Below the pieces are notes generated by a model that worked only from the letters and a program-made list of their open reading frames with translations, had not been told where the DNA came from and searched no databases. DNA of 64,000 bases from Octopus bimaculoides. Lineage: Eukaryota. Positions 13,659 to 27,188 of the stretch are shown one piece after another. Both the position numbers and the translations under genes were made by a program. The first letter of the stretch is position 1. Every line of letters starts with the position of its first letter. The DNA is taken from positions 37,791,636 to 37,855,635 of the forward strand of contig NC_068984.1 in assembly GCF_001194135.2 (NCBI RefSeq), written 5' to 3'.

Positions 13659-13775
13659 TGGATCTTTTTGGTTTGACGGGCAACACTTGTTTTCTTAACG
13701 AAACACTTTCAAACTTGGGACACTGGTAGAATGTGTCATATAAAACAACTTCTTCTCTTAACCTTCTTAAGAACC
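13659..13775 (+). mobile_element. Truncated end of the GGATC-TIR (Merlin-like) MITE family
   Basis: GGATCTTTTTG...TTTTCTTAACGAAACACTTTCAAACTTGGGACACTGGTAGAATGTGTCATATAAAACA matches the left end of 31635-32535. Confidence 0.75.
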
Positions 13776-13929
13776 TTTTAAGTTGTTCAGAATGGGTACA
13801 GTCCCCACCCACAAGATTTTAATGCCCTAGGTGATCACTGAGTTTGCATAGTGCCTAACATACGGCCCTTGTTCAAGCTATTAGAAAACAACAGCCAAAT
13901 TTACTTTAAATAATCTTTTCTACTATTGG

Positions 13930-14344
13930 CTCAAGGCTGAAATTTGGGTAGGAGGTGCTATTTAATTACATTACCCCACTGCTCGAGTGGTACATATTTT
14001 ATCGACTTCAAAAGGTAAAGTCGATCTCGGTGGAATTTGAACTCAAATGTAAAACCGAAAGAAATGCCGCTGTTTTGTCCCGCATGCTAATGATTCTGCA
14101 AGTTCGCCGCCTTAAATCTGACTTAAGAACGGTTTCAAATTTTGGCACAAGGCCAGCAAGTTCGTGGGGAAGAAATAAGTCGATTACATCAACCCTAGTG
14201 CTCAACCGGTATTTATTTTATCGACCCCGAAAGTATGAAAGGTAAAGTTGACCTCGGTGGAATTTGAATTCAGGGCGTAAAGACCGACGAAATGCCGCTA
14301 AGCATTTTGCTCGGCGTGCTAACGATTCTGCCAGCTCTCTGCCT
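13930..14344 (-). mobile_element. Two tandem family A SINEs, the second flanked by a 15-bp TSD
   Basis: Two minus-strand heads (ending near 14111 and 14344), each followed on the + strand by TTAAATCTGACTTAA. Confidence 0.85.
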
Positions 14345-14989
14345 TAAATCTGACTTAACTAATTAAAAACACATTAATGTAGTCCTACGTGATGTGATGA
14401 TGATATCTGGGGTGTATTTGATTATAGCTCTGCCTTAACAGGGTTGACCTGGAGTTAAATCGTAACAACAAAAACAGCAACTTTGGAAGAACCCAAAATA
14501 AAATAGAAATACCAGTTTAAATTGATATAGAACGTGAATGTAAAATAATGTAATTATGATCTGATGTTAGGAGATTGATAAGTCATGCTGTGGACTGTAT
14601 TTTATGGTGGTTGATAAGATTTCATTTTTCATCCTTCACCTCTGTATTATTAAAAGATTAGGTAGTGTAATTTAATTGGGAATAAAGCTTTCTTCTTTGT
14701 TTATTCGTGACCCTAGTGGATGAATTAAGCTGAATCTTTTGTTTACTACATAGATGATCTTTTTTCTCATGCTTTAAAATATGTCAACGCCAAGACTGAG
14801 CCCAAAACACAATGAAGAATGAGATTAGTTACTGTTTGGTTATATAATCTCTTCTGTTTTTCGTACGTTTGTGTGTACGTATCCGATATATTCTTTTTCT
14901 GAGAACACGTATTTTAAACATATATATGAACATGTAGACATGTGTGCTAACATACATGTATTCAGACACATACAAAGTGACCTTCAGAC

Positions 14990-15135
14990 ATATGTATGTA
15001 TGCATGTAAGTATGTATGTATGTATGTATGTATGTATGTATGTATCTATGTATGTATGTATGTATGTATGCACATACATACATACATACATACATACATA
15101 CATACATACATACATACATACATTCATTCATACAT
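14990..15135. repeat. Fold-back microsatellite (TGTA)n-(TACA)n
   Basis: A TATG run switches at TGCA to its reverse complement CATA run. Confidence 0.9.
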
Positions 15136-15686
15136 ATAAAGACAAATTTGATATTCAGTGATCTTCAAAAATTACTTCACACAAGTGTGAGAACTTTCTT
15201 GTATTTTTAGTGTTATATGACCGCCCTGTTTGTAAACTTTCATAAAGTGTTCTTGGATTCCCATAATTGTAGTCAGCACGAAGAAGTTACTTTTAGAACA
15301 TTCATTGATGCTTACATTCTTCCAATGTAAATCATAAAAACAGGTTATATATCATATTAGGGGTTGCTATATCAGTACATAATACGGTCTTCGTGTGCAA
15401 AATGTTGAGTAAATATTTCCCAAATAGTTTCAAAATACAAGTTTGCACTAAACTATTAGTGCACGTAAACTTAAAAATGCTTAGATGATTTGGAATTTTA
15501 GATATCTGATAGAATCGTAATTTACATAACTTACGTATCGCTGGATTTGGCCATTGAATACTATCAGTCCAAGCGTTTGTCTCAAGCAAATGTCTTGTAC
15601 ACTGGCTACGCAACATATGTGCGTGAAATTCAGGGGGAAATGGTCAACAGTATAACTGCAGGGGGAAATGGTCAGCAGTATAACTG

Positions 15687-15721
<35 letters not shown>

Positions 15722-15867
15722 CAAAATAAGCAACAGGATATCAGGAGCATGTCTAGATATTCAACTATATGCATGATACAAATCTGCCCATGCATACATA
15801 CATACATACATACATACATACATACATACATACATACATACATACATACATACATGCATATCCTGTT

Positions 15868-15957
15868 GTTGGATGTTGAAATTCCAATGAAGGAGCCAAA
15901 GTTAGAAATCGGTCCTTTCTCTATTGGCAAGAAATTTTGAAATAAACTGAATAATGA
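15868..15957 (+). repeat. Dispersed repeat embedded in (CATA)n, copy 2
   Basis: Homologous to 10988-11097; preceded by a long (CATA)n run and followed by CATACATA. Confidence 0.75.
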
Positions 15958-15967
15958 CATACATATG

Positions 15968-16100
15968 TGTCGAAGTGATCACAGAGCAACGTGACATGAA
16001 GTGTTTCGCTCAAGAACACAACGCACCACCCGGTCTAAGAATTGAAACCACGAGCTCGCAATCGTGAGTGCAACACCCTAATCACTAGGCCGTGCCTCTA
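15968..16100 (-). mobile_element. tRNA-derived SINE head and central domain
   Basis: Reverse complement gives GGCCTAGTGATTAGG (A box), GGTTTCAATTCT (B box) and GCGTTGTGTTCTTGAGCGAAACACTT as in family C copies. Confidence 0.7.
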
Positions 16101-19100
16101 CGCTTAGTCTTTCTTTTAATTTGCGATGCTTTGAGGGTCACTTGGCCACATTGCGATACAATTTATGTTAAGATTTCGAAAAGATTGGCATTCGAGTAAG
16201 GTTTACATTGCAGCGTTAGATATACTTCTTGGCTGAAAGCCACACCGGTTGTTTGTGCTTCAAGTTTATTTCAATCTTTTTTGCATTGCAACTGCTTACA
16301 GTGTACGTGCAAATGTCCTTTGATTATTCGCAGTTCACTACCGAGTGACATTGCATTTTCCTTTAATGGCATCTCCAATAGGTTTTATCGCTTTATTCTG
16401 TCTTTTGTAGACAAGTTTAATTTTGCTTCTTTGTGAGGTTGGGAATATAGTCATGACTGAAAAGTGAAGGATTTTTTTTTTACTGAATTTGAAATGAATA
16501 TAGTGTACAACAAAAAATACCGATATGTCGAGTGTGCTAGTGTTATTTGAGGTACATAATTATCCTGTGGTGCATGTAGCTGTCACACTGTTCCCAGCGA
16601 ATTTGAAGAAAATAGAAGTGACGCCAACAATTCTATGCAGAAGATATCATTGTAGGTTTTGTGTTCATGTAGTTTATCATGAGCAAGCCAGTTTACCCAT
16701 TCTTCTCTGAACAGTATCTGTTGGAAAGCAGGTTGTTCCGATTCTGCATAAACGATGGAACTTCCGAATCTGTTATTAACACTTATTCCGTTTGCGGGGA
16801 AATCGAGAGCTCTTCGATGTCTATAAGCAATAGCTAACAAAGGATCCTCCGTACGATCGCTCAAGTTGCTAGAAATAGCAGTCAAATTACATCAAATCAC
16901 ACCCTGCCATCTTAAAAATCAGGAAGGACACGTTTTACAACGTACTCCTACATAAACAAGAGATGGTCGCAGCAGGAGCGCATAGGTCTGCATGATTAAC
17001 AACAGTCACTCGTTTTACACAATACTTGCTCGCTGTCAAGTAAACTTATAGATACCCAAATCTCAGCAGCTGTTTACTCAATCTGAGGCTTGGCACTGGC
17101 GTGTAACAAATAGAATTCCCGAATAAAAGAAATTAGAGAAATATATATAATTTCTCAATTTTAGTTGGAATTCTTTCTTAACATAGTAGAATGGTGCGAA
17201 GATATTGATGTCTAGAAGTAATACTGCATTTAAAAACTCTTTGACGGGGGTGGTGCGTTGTGTCTTTGAGCGAGGTACATCATTTCACGTTACTTCATTC
17301 TATTCAGCTGCAATTAGTACCTTCGAGTGCTGATGCAGCTTCCACTTTCTCCAGTGGAAGGGCCGACTGGGTGCCTATGTCTGTTCGCGACTATATAAAC
17401 ACATAAAACAACTAATTAAAACATAATACAGCCGACCAAGTCATATCTGTTTGCAAGTGACAGGTGTACTTATTCTTTCAAAGAAACAGTTCTACTAAGC
17501 ACCTTCTGATTATTTTGCTTCCGTAGCATTTTCTTGAACCAAGAAGATTCTACTGAACGATTTCAGTAAACAAACGTACCAAACTCAGCACGTATTCTTG
17601 ACTTATTATTACATTATGTCCATTTTCAGTTTTCACGAAATAGGTTTCGCCTTATAGCATTGCAAAGTATTGGAAAATTAGTTTTAATTAATCCGAAGAA
17701 AGAAAAATTAGAAACTTAAAAGTTTTAGTTGTTCTTAGTTATATTCAGTCCCGTCAAGTTTCAATTAGTCCATGCTACCGTGCTTCGCAATAGATATGGT
17801 TCAGTTCAGAATAATATATATTTTCTATAAACGTCTGAGTTTATCAAAAAGAACTATCAATCGTATCCTTACAAACCTCTTTGCAAAAATCTATGTTCAA
17901 CTCTAATACGTCCTTCATCGCGCTGTTTTTCTGTAATGTGGCTGTTTTTGACATGGCTGTTTTTGACATTTAAAAAACCCGGACGATCTATTATTAACTA
18001 CTCAACTGATTTGGAAGCTGACCACGACCATTAGACTACTGATGTACTGAATATTTGTTTGTTCTATCATTTCTACTGGATCGCCTTGGTAAGCCTCACT
18101 TCCTCTGTACTAAACACTTCACTTAGTCCTTTCTTTTAATGGCGGAGCGTAGGTTTCCACCGCCCTGTGCAATAGCCAAATTGGCCGCCTTCTTTGAACG
18201 TAACTCACCGATTATAGCAAACTCGCGTGTATTTAGCAGCCCCACTGAGCAGTCTGCACATCCCACTACACCACTGCTTTCTTTCCATAACTACAACCCA
18301 AAAGAACAAAATTTTTCTAACGTGTTTTTTCTTCAAATCTTGGACTTACAGAAATCTAATATCAATTGCATTGACTTTACCAGTTTAAAAAAAGGTGTCA
18401 TAGATAGGAAAAAGTATACCATCTTTGACTTAGTTTGTTTGGCGGTTCCGCAGATTTTTGGAGTTCGTTCTTTTTCCATGTTTGTTTGTTTGTTTTCTTG
18501 TTTTGTTTTAATGTTATTTGTTAGTATTGTTGTTTAAGACTAGAAGCATGATTGTATCAAAAAATTGGAACAGAATTTTTATTGTTACAGGTGAAATTTT
18601 TTGTTGTTATTTCTTTGTTTGTTTTTTATTGTTTAAAATGGGAGTATGTGCTTACAGGGAGATTTAGCGGCAGTTTCTAGAAGATCGAGCGACTGCATAG
18701 ATTTCATCGCGAGATGAAAAATAGACATTATTCAATTGATATTTCTTAGGGGTTCAAATAGAAGGGTATTTAATTTATTTCTGTCTTCTTTTTCTTGAGA
18801 TAAAATAGGACAAATTATACCTGTAAATTTTAACTTTCCTCTCATTTTCACAAATAAATGGTATCCATAATAAATAATTTCCTAACTTATAAAAATTCAA
18901 ACAAATGAAATTTTTATTGTTATAGAAATAGTAATAAATTGAAGAAATATTTTACTAAGGCTGGACCACCGTAATTTACAGTAAATCAAATATTTTATAT
19001 TATAAATCAGCAAGTCCATGAAATAAATAAACAATTACAGAATATATTATTCACGAGTAACAATCATGATCTTTTCAGTTGCTCGACCATCACGAACTCG

Positions 19101-20822
19101 TGTCACAGCGCCATCTCTACAGAAATTCTTTCCAATAAATATCGAAAAGTTCTTCATCTGCTTCAATTCTTTCTTGGCATGTAATTAAAAGAACTCAATG
19201 TCAGACGGTTAGCAGGATTGATGAAATTTTTACTATGGTTCTCAATGTAGTGATTAAATGCAAGTGGTTAATAGTTCTATGTCATCATATGAACGCCATT
19301 GTTCGAGTATATTATTGATTCACTATTTCCTAATATTCAACGGTCTGTCTGTTCTTTCTAGTGGTCGGTCGTGTTCAATATAACACAGCAACGGATAGCA
19401 AGAATACTACTTAATTTTCCTCCATCGAATCATTTTTTCTTTTTCCATTTTCTCTTTGATATAGCTAGTAATTTTATGAATATTGTAAATTTACAATAAA
19501 AATATCAATGTGAATAAGGGAAAAAAATTAATTTAACAAAATTTATGGACAAAAAAATAAAATAGTTGTGCGCTTACTCATACACAGGAAAGTATTAGAT
19601 ATCGATATTTGTGAATTTACTGCGTGTTGGTAAAATTACTAGATTATTCCATAAGAATGCATCATTATTAATAAATTACAAATTGCACCACTAAGAAAAA
19701 GAAAAAATATTTTAATCAACATAAATCAAAGTATGTTTTGCAGCATTACTTTTATCACAACTCAATCTGGTACCCCTTCGAGGTAACATATCTTTACGCC
19801 TCTTCGAACTATACCTCAAAATATCCTGTGATCCGTCCACCGACTCTTACGTACTTTCTGTGGAAATAATTTGTTTCGTCTATTTCCAATTTGTATGTGT
19901 ATCTAGACTGTTCCATCAATTACAACCAGTTATAATAACCATCAATAACAACAACTAAATAACAACAAACATCCTTCATGAACAATACATCAATCTGCAG
20001 CTATTCCGTTTTGTCCACTTTGTATTCTTTAGTAATTTTCATTGAAAAATATATCCTTAAACAACAGTTTGAATAATTAATGTTTCTTACAGAAAAAAAA
20101 GCAACCTTTTCTTATAGCAGCTTTTACATCATGAACTTCATTGCGAGCGATATTTTCCGCAGTTTGAGCATATTTATAAATTTGTAATTAACTTGACTAT
20201 TTCATTCTTTATGATCCCTTTTCGGTAAACCACACTAATCTGTGAAAAATAACGAGCGCCTCTTTACAAACCAGACCTATTTATACTACCAAGCTTATAT
20301 ACACAGTGTATTGATAGGCTCAGTACATATACACAATTGTCTTACTGGTAACTGGGTTATTATATACAATTGTGTAAAAACATGAAAAAAATTCCTTGCT
20401 CAATCCACTTGTGTACGGTAAGGATGTTATGATAGTAAATAGATGCAATAAAACGACGAGTGGGTGTCAGAAATGTTGAAAACCAGATCACGGAAGAACG
20501 AGCAAAAGAGACAGGTAATAAATTACAGATAGAAGGTCACCCAAGTCGTGTGAAAATTACTTTTATTTAAGTGGAACTGGTATGTTATCAGTTACATCAT
20601 CCAAATTTATATTCCATCTTAACAAAATTCCTAAATAATCTAATACAATCACATCATCTTCATCTTGAATAACATAGCAAAAGCATCTTAAAATATACTT
20701 TGTGGCAAACAAGATGGCCGCGTCACAGCGTAAAAAATATAATTTTCCGCGGTTGCCATGTAAATTGATACCAGTTAAAGTTTGAGAAAATTGTGCATTA
20801 TAGTCAAAGATCGACTAAATCA

Positions 20823-21143
20823 CAGTGGTTCTCAACCATTTTTTAATTTTAATTAATCTATGGATCCCTTTAATTACTATTTTATTCAGGTGGACTTCCA
20901 TGGCCATTCGATGTTTAAAAATTAGTTTTATAGATACTTCTGTCAAAATTCCTATTTTGCTTTACTCATATTAATTTGTGCAAGTTGAACAATGTAAAAC
21001 GTTAGAGAAAGAAACCTGACTGTTTCTTGCAAAAAATACATTGAAATCAAAATTTTTCACGAACTCTTAAAATACTACTGTAGATCCCTAATGTATTATA
21101 TTGCTTACGTGGCCCACTAAAAAAGGGTCGTTGAGAACCACTG
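20823..21143. mobile_element. hAT (Charlie-like) MITE
   Basis: TIR CAGTGGTTCTCAAC / GTTGAGAACCACTG; TSD not clearly preserved. Confidence 0.75.
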
Positions 21144-21369
21144 GACAAAAAATTATTGGAGGGTAAGCTCCTGGTGAGTCGAAACTCCAAGGCGGTTCAG
21201 TTCTTAGTTGAGCTGCTTCACAATATTCGTTGTATCCTTGATCAAGTTCTACATGCAGCTCCATTGGACAACGAAAATCCCACCGATTATCTTTCTTTAT
21301 CGAATACTTTGGGTTTTTTTTTTATTAGTTTCGTATAACAATCCCATTTGCATCGGGGATGCTTTACAG

Positions 21370-21535
21370 TATTGACTGACTGATACTTCAGTTTATCGAG
21401 CCCAGAAGGATAAAAGCAAAATTTGGTCTTGGAAAAATTGGTCTTGGCGGAATCTGAACTCAAAACGTAAAGACGGACGAAATGCTGCTAAGCATTTTGC
21501 TCGACATGCTAACGAGTCTGCCAGCTCACCGTCAT
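21370..21535 (-). mobile_element. Family A SINE (degenerate)
   Basis: Reverse complement of GAGCTGGCAGACTCGTTAGCATGTCGAGCAAAATGCTTAGCAGCATTTCGTCCGTC. Confidence 0.8.
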
Positions 21536-21599
21536 GAATTAGTAACTTTAATAATGATTTCTGACACAGGCACAAGAGGTTTGCTGGAAAGAGGGGTTA

Positions 21600-22760
21600 G
21601 TCGATTAAATTAATTCAATACTCGATTGATGCTTTATTTCATCGACTCCTGAAGACGAAATCCAAAGCTGACTTCCGACTACAAGTTCAGGAGCTCCATT
21701 TGAAATTCATCAGGAGCAGCAGCCGCATCTGCCTCCATAGGTGCTGAAAATATTTTCATCAAGAGTAAGGAATCCTTGAGTTCATCAAAACAGCGTCCAA
21801 ATTCGTCAATCAGGTCGCTGATGATCTTGTTGTATGTATTGTATAATCCGTTGCCCTTGTGCTCAGAAACTGAGGAGAAATGGGTCATAATGACACCTGC
21901 AGTTTGCATCTTCCAATGGTTAAGCTTTTCAATGAAGGCAGATACTGTGCTATGCAATTCACGGTAGAGTTTGTCCTTACCTTGTAGGGCACTGTTCAAA
22001 GTCGAAAGTCATGCGGTAATATCAACCATGAAAGCCAAATCAGCTATCCATTTTTTTGTTGCTTAGCTGATGGAAGATTATCTTCCTTGCAACTTTGATT
22101 TCTAGAAGTTTGTAGATCCTATTGAGGAATGTGCTACAGCTTAACTATCAAACAACAGTATGAGAACGTCCCCATAGTCAGCATCAATATGTGCCAGAAA
22201 TTACTAGAAATTACAATGGTTCAGGGCTTTTACACGAATCCAGTTTACCATTGATATTGCAGCTCTTGACTTAGCAGTGATATTTTCCAAGTGTCTAATG
22301 CAGTGGTGCCCTATCACAGGAGTAGGGTTGTCCTCTCGTCACTACCTGGTAATGAGACCTTGACGACTTTGTTTCTGTCCCAGCATAGAAGGACCTCCAT
22401 CATCTACTACTGAAAACAGCCTTGACGGAGTCAAATGTGCTCGTTGAGGCTTGCATTAAATTCAAGGAATATATCTGTCCCTTTGCTGAGCCATGAATAA
22501 AACGCAACGTGAGAAATTCTTCGTAAATATGGAAATCTGGCATGAATCCCTTAAGGAACACAATAATTGTTCTGTATCGGTAATGTCTTTTGTGCCGTAA
22601 AAAGCAAACAAAATCCCTCGACTTACTGAGAAGCTAGTCATGTAGGTCATTAGATATGAGTTCAACTCGTCGAGTTTGCTGTATCATTCAGTGAATACGA
22701 TAATAGCGTGTTTCATGATTTCGTCATCTGAATACGACTTCATGTAGCAAGCTAGAAGTA
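21600..22760 (-). mobile_element. Decayed hAT transposase (SPIN/GTF2IRD2-like)
   Basis: Broken frames: LAFMVDIT..LNSALQGKDKL..TVSAFIEKLNHWKMQ, FQMELLNL, DITDTEQL, DGGPSMLG, HHCIRH..VNWIRVKALNH. Confidence 0.82.
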
Positions 22761-24595
22761 GCCAATCTTCTATGATGCCATTGCTACGTCTTTAAAATCA
22801 CATGTTTGAAGAAATTCGTTTGCTTTGTGCGCGTCGACTTTAACAATTCCAACTTCCTTGGTAGCAATCAAAATCTGCAGAATAAGTTTTGTAATGCCGC
22901 TCAAAATTAAATTACCTTAAACTCTTTATCATCATAGGATAGAGAAAGCAATGTGCCTTGCCGTCTTTTTCGATGAAAGAATTAATAATAGCTGAGTGGT
23001 TTCTTGCTTTACTGACACTGGTAATTGAAGGTCGTAGCATGCGCAGATCAATAATGCTGACTTACTGTTCTGTGATTTGTCTATCTCAATAACCGTTTCT
23101 TGCCAGTGCGTACGTGCGTGTGTGTGTATCTCAACGTCCATGCTAAAGTCATTGCAAGTTCGAATGAGTGAATGATCGAAAATTGTGCTATTTCAGTTGA
23201 TATTTTTCGAGTAAGGTGACCACAATAAGACCAGTCATTCTCAACATAGTCATCGATCGTATGCTATGTACTAGTATAACAGAGCACAGACAAGGGAGGA
23301 AATGAAAAGGAAATGAAGAGGAGAGAGTGAAGAAAGAAAATAAATGTCTATAGTTTCCAAAGGCAGACGAAGTACATGGTGACCTATCTGCTTTTGATCA
23401 AAAACTGTCAAAAAGGCACTTAACGGCTACTAATTGTTTTTACTGTTTTAAGTGTTTCTTACATTTTGCCCCTGCCATGGGTCACGTCTATCAATCAAGA
23501 CATCAGCTACCAGTGGTTACAACTTCAACAATGACAAGCCAGCCAAGGGAGGAGCCTCTGCGTTGTTGTTCAATTTGCTAGAGATAGCAGACAGCTGTAC
23601 CTTAAACTACACTCAAGTATTTTTAAAAAGTGAAATGGAACGGATATCGATAAACAAAGAGACGGAAAAATAGATAGAACGCTTCTGATCACAAGTCTTC
23701 TTGATCGTGGTCGACTTGGAAGTAATCAACAACTTCAATAATCACAATTGTATCTGAAAAGAGTGTTATTTAACAGTACTCTGATTTAACGTGACGTATA
23801 TAGACATCATTTAGTAGTTCATTTTTTCCCGATTAAGTGGACCTGATACAATAGAGGAAACTTTGATGACCAAAAGGAAGTACAACACTGGTCACATAAT
23901 GCTTCAGGGATGAAGTCGATTGCCATGAACTGATCTAGCGACCAAAATTGGACTTTTTGTTTTCGTAATTGTTATATAGAGGACAGCTGCAAACATTGCA
24001 ATCAATTACTGAAAATTATATTTTATTGCTTCTGTCTCAGCCATTTCTTCCAAAGCTTGGCTATCTTATGTGGAATACAAGCAATTCATATTTTACCTCC
24101 ATATCACTGTCGCTTTTCCCCTTTCCGGTATCTTCTCTCTCTCTTCATTCATATTTTATAGACTAAGTAGTTAATTTCCTCCGATAAATTTGCCATTTGA
24201 TAGTAATGTCTGATATCTTTATTACAGACGTGTTCACTTCTCTATTTTCAGCTATTTTTAACCATAGCCTGTTTTCATACCTTGCTAAGTAGCGTGGTTC
24301 TAGAAACCTATAACAAATAAGATTTTGTTTTTTCTTTTGTTTTGTTTTGTTTTTGCATTAAAAAAACAGTGAAATACTATTACTACTGTACAAGATTGTT
24401 CAGTAGTAAGAGTAAAAGATTTCTTAGAAAAATAAATGAAACTAGTGAAACGGATGGTTAGAAGAACGAATCTCTTAAATAAAGTTTCTGCGAGCAAGCG
24501 AAGACAGAAAGACCTTGTAAATAAGGCATGCCGGAAATAGAGAAGTAAAATTCGTTAGTAAGAATGGTTAACAAACAAATACTTTTCTTCAAAAA

Positions 24596-24840
24596 TATTG
24601 GGTTGGTGCATAATTATTGCGGTTTTTTCCAACAATTTTTACTCAACAAAAACAATAACAATATTTAACCAAAAGATCTTTAAATGATGGTCTGACCGTC
24701 TGCCAAGCAAATAGGAAGCAGTCAATTGAAGTAGATGGTGAATATGCTCCGGAATAATCATTTAAAGATGTTTTTGTTACATGTTGTTATTGTTTTTGTT
24801 GAATAAAATTTGTTGAAAAAAAGCCGCAATAATTATGCAT
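24596..24840. mobile_element. Mariner-type MITE with long TIRs
   Basis: TATTGGGTTGGTGCATAATTATTGCGG resembles the mariner/MADE TIR; inverted copy CCGCAATAATTATGCA near 24824-24839; arms extend about 70 bp. Confidence 0.75.
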
Positions 24841-26329
24841 GTATGTTTCACTTCGAGTGCTTTCAAAAACCAAAAAGCGTTTTATCATCAAATAGTCACA
24901 CATACTCCCACCTTTGTTGATCTTGTTATAAGAGAATATACAATACCAAATTCGTAGAAATGCAAAATAAAACTCAAGATAGGCATTTATTCTATACTGC
25001 TTTTTGACCTTTTAGCTGAATATCTGTTGATGCATTTGACAAAATTTTATTTCATATTTCCGAGTAGTATCCAGCGTGACTTTTTAGTTGTATTGATTTG
25101 TTAATTTAATCTTTAACGTTTAAATATTATATATTTATAGATTGATTCTCCGTATCGATTATTTCCTAATTTCGTTTCAAATATATTCATTGCTGTAAGG
25201 TCGACGGAAATATGTCACTACATAATATTTATATTTAAAAACTGAAAGTATTTAATTATGAAACTATTTGATAATGAAAGTAGACTCAAATTGTAGTGTT
25301 CCTCAATGCCTTGATTTATTTTACCTAGCTTGAAAGGATCCAAAGCTCTCTGGGAAATTTCCCTTTCATACAGTTATCTTATCTTCTTGGATGGGGTGGT
25401 CGTGCATGGAAGGGCAATTTTTCGATTAACCTGACAGCGAAATTAAACAGCGAACCTCTTGAACTTTGTAACCGTTATCTTCATAGAGACGGAAAATGAG
25501 AGGTTCAGAGCCTCTCAGTGTGGATCAAAACTGGGATGCAGTCTGGATTCGCTAAAATTACTGCTAAGTTTGACACTCAAATAATAACTAACAACAACTA
25601 ATATTCATCTTAGTCAAGGATGATCGAACAGGAAATATGATAATGGCGATGTGAGTCTGATTTACAAACATTTCATTTCACTGAAAAGGAGTGAATGCTA
25701 CAACTGCCAATTTCCTATCTTTCAAAGTTAATTCCATTTAGTTTTATGAAAATCTATTGTTGTTTAATCGCAGGTTAGAATTATATAGAGGCTCCTTGCT
25801 GGCTCGAAACGGTATTGTTGGTCAGCGGCAAAGGTAACATACAATAATACTTAAACTCACAACAAACCGATTCTGCGATGATTGTTTCAGTTATCGAGCA
25901 CTGCTGATTGTTCTTTGGAAAGACGCAATATATATTTATCAATTTCTCATACCTGCACCATCATCACACCACCACCCACCAAAATAAAACAAAAGCGTTT
26001 GAGCCTAGTCAAATGAATTCAATATGTAACACTCCAGTGAGTCATCGACTTTGCAGAATAGTTTAAGATTCCAGTTTGAAATCATTTAATCTCGCGTATA
26101 TCGCTAATACCTCCTAATAATTTTGGGAACTTGTGCCCATTGGCAAAAGAAACTATTTTAACTGCTTTCAGTAGTTGTATTAAATCGTGAATTACCTGGT
26201 TTTTCTCGGTAATTATCTCGCAATGGATGATTAGAGTGTATGGCATTTGTGAAGAGGTAGTTAGAAATTATGTCTTTTATGGCACTTTTTCCATCCATTA
26301 ATTTTCGCTGCCCACTATTCCTGGGGGAG

Positions 26330-26690
26330 TTGTAGGGGTAGAGTTCTCAAGCACCTCTTCCATAAGGTCTTGTCAGAAACAGCAGTCATTAAACTTTCTT
26401 GCTGGATTCCCATGTGTCCAACTGAGGCTATGGATGCTATCCAACCATTTCGCTCTTAATCTACCCCTAGGTCTCCTACCAGTTGGCTCAGCTTGAAGAA
26501 TCTATCTTGCAATCCTTTCCTGCAGCATTGTAACCACATATCTGTAGCACCAAAACTGTGACCTCTCATCGGAAAAGTAATGTCTCAATTTGGATGGACT
26601 CCCTGATCTCCGAGTTATGCAAGCTATCGAGACCGTTCGGAGGAACCCCATTCTAGCCGCTTGTATTCGACATTACTTCCGTACAAATGA
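26330..26690 (-). mobile_element. RTE-clade LINE 3' remnant
   Basis: Minus strand reads RIQAARMGFLRTV..NSEIRESIQIE..ILQAEPTGRRPRGRLRAKWLDSI. Confidence 0.75.
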
Positions 26691-27188
26691 AGTGAAAACT
26701 ATCTGTGATAGAGAATTAAAATCGAATTAGAGGTTCAGTGGCTGCTATAAAATATAATAGCATTCTTTTTAAAAGTAAACCTTAAGTTCTACCTACAAGA
26801 TCTAAAGGTGGTTAGCTCTTGCAGAAAGAGAAGATTGTTAAAGAGGAACGTTTAATACCTTTGACAAATTATCTTTTCAACAAATGTTGATTCAGTTAAG
26901 GGGAAAAAAATCTACTTTTGTAATCGCTTCTTTGTTTAAAACATGTTTATTTAAGCTATTTTATTTTCAGTTTTTATTTTGGAAACAAACATTGTGCGAC
27001 AAATGTCAATTTATGAAAATTTTTTTTCAGTCATTTGATGCGTTTAAAACACCGCCCTTTTTAAAAACAAAACTAAAGGTTTGCTTTAGTAAAAAAAAAA
27101 AGAAAGAAAGAAAGGTAAAAGAAAGAAAGAAAGGTAAAAGAAAGAAAGAAAGGTAAAAGAAAGAAAGAAAGAAAGAAATGGACTATAC

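Noticed and set aside
14829-15210. ORFs rich in YVCM/HTYI (also 33149-33729, 49379-50241, 15668-15960)
   Set aside because: Microsatellite translations.
16583-16885. 100-aa minus ORF as BPI exon
   Set aside because: No BPI-like motif, in-frame stop before any good donor.
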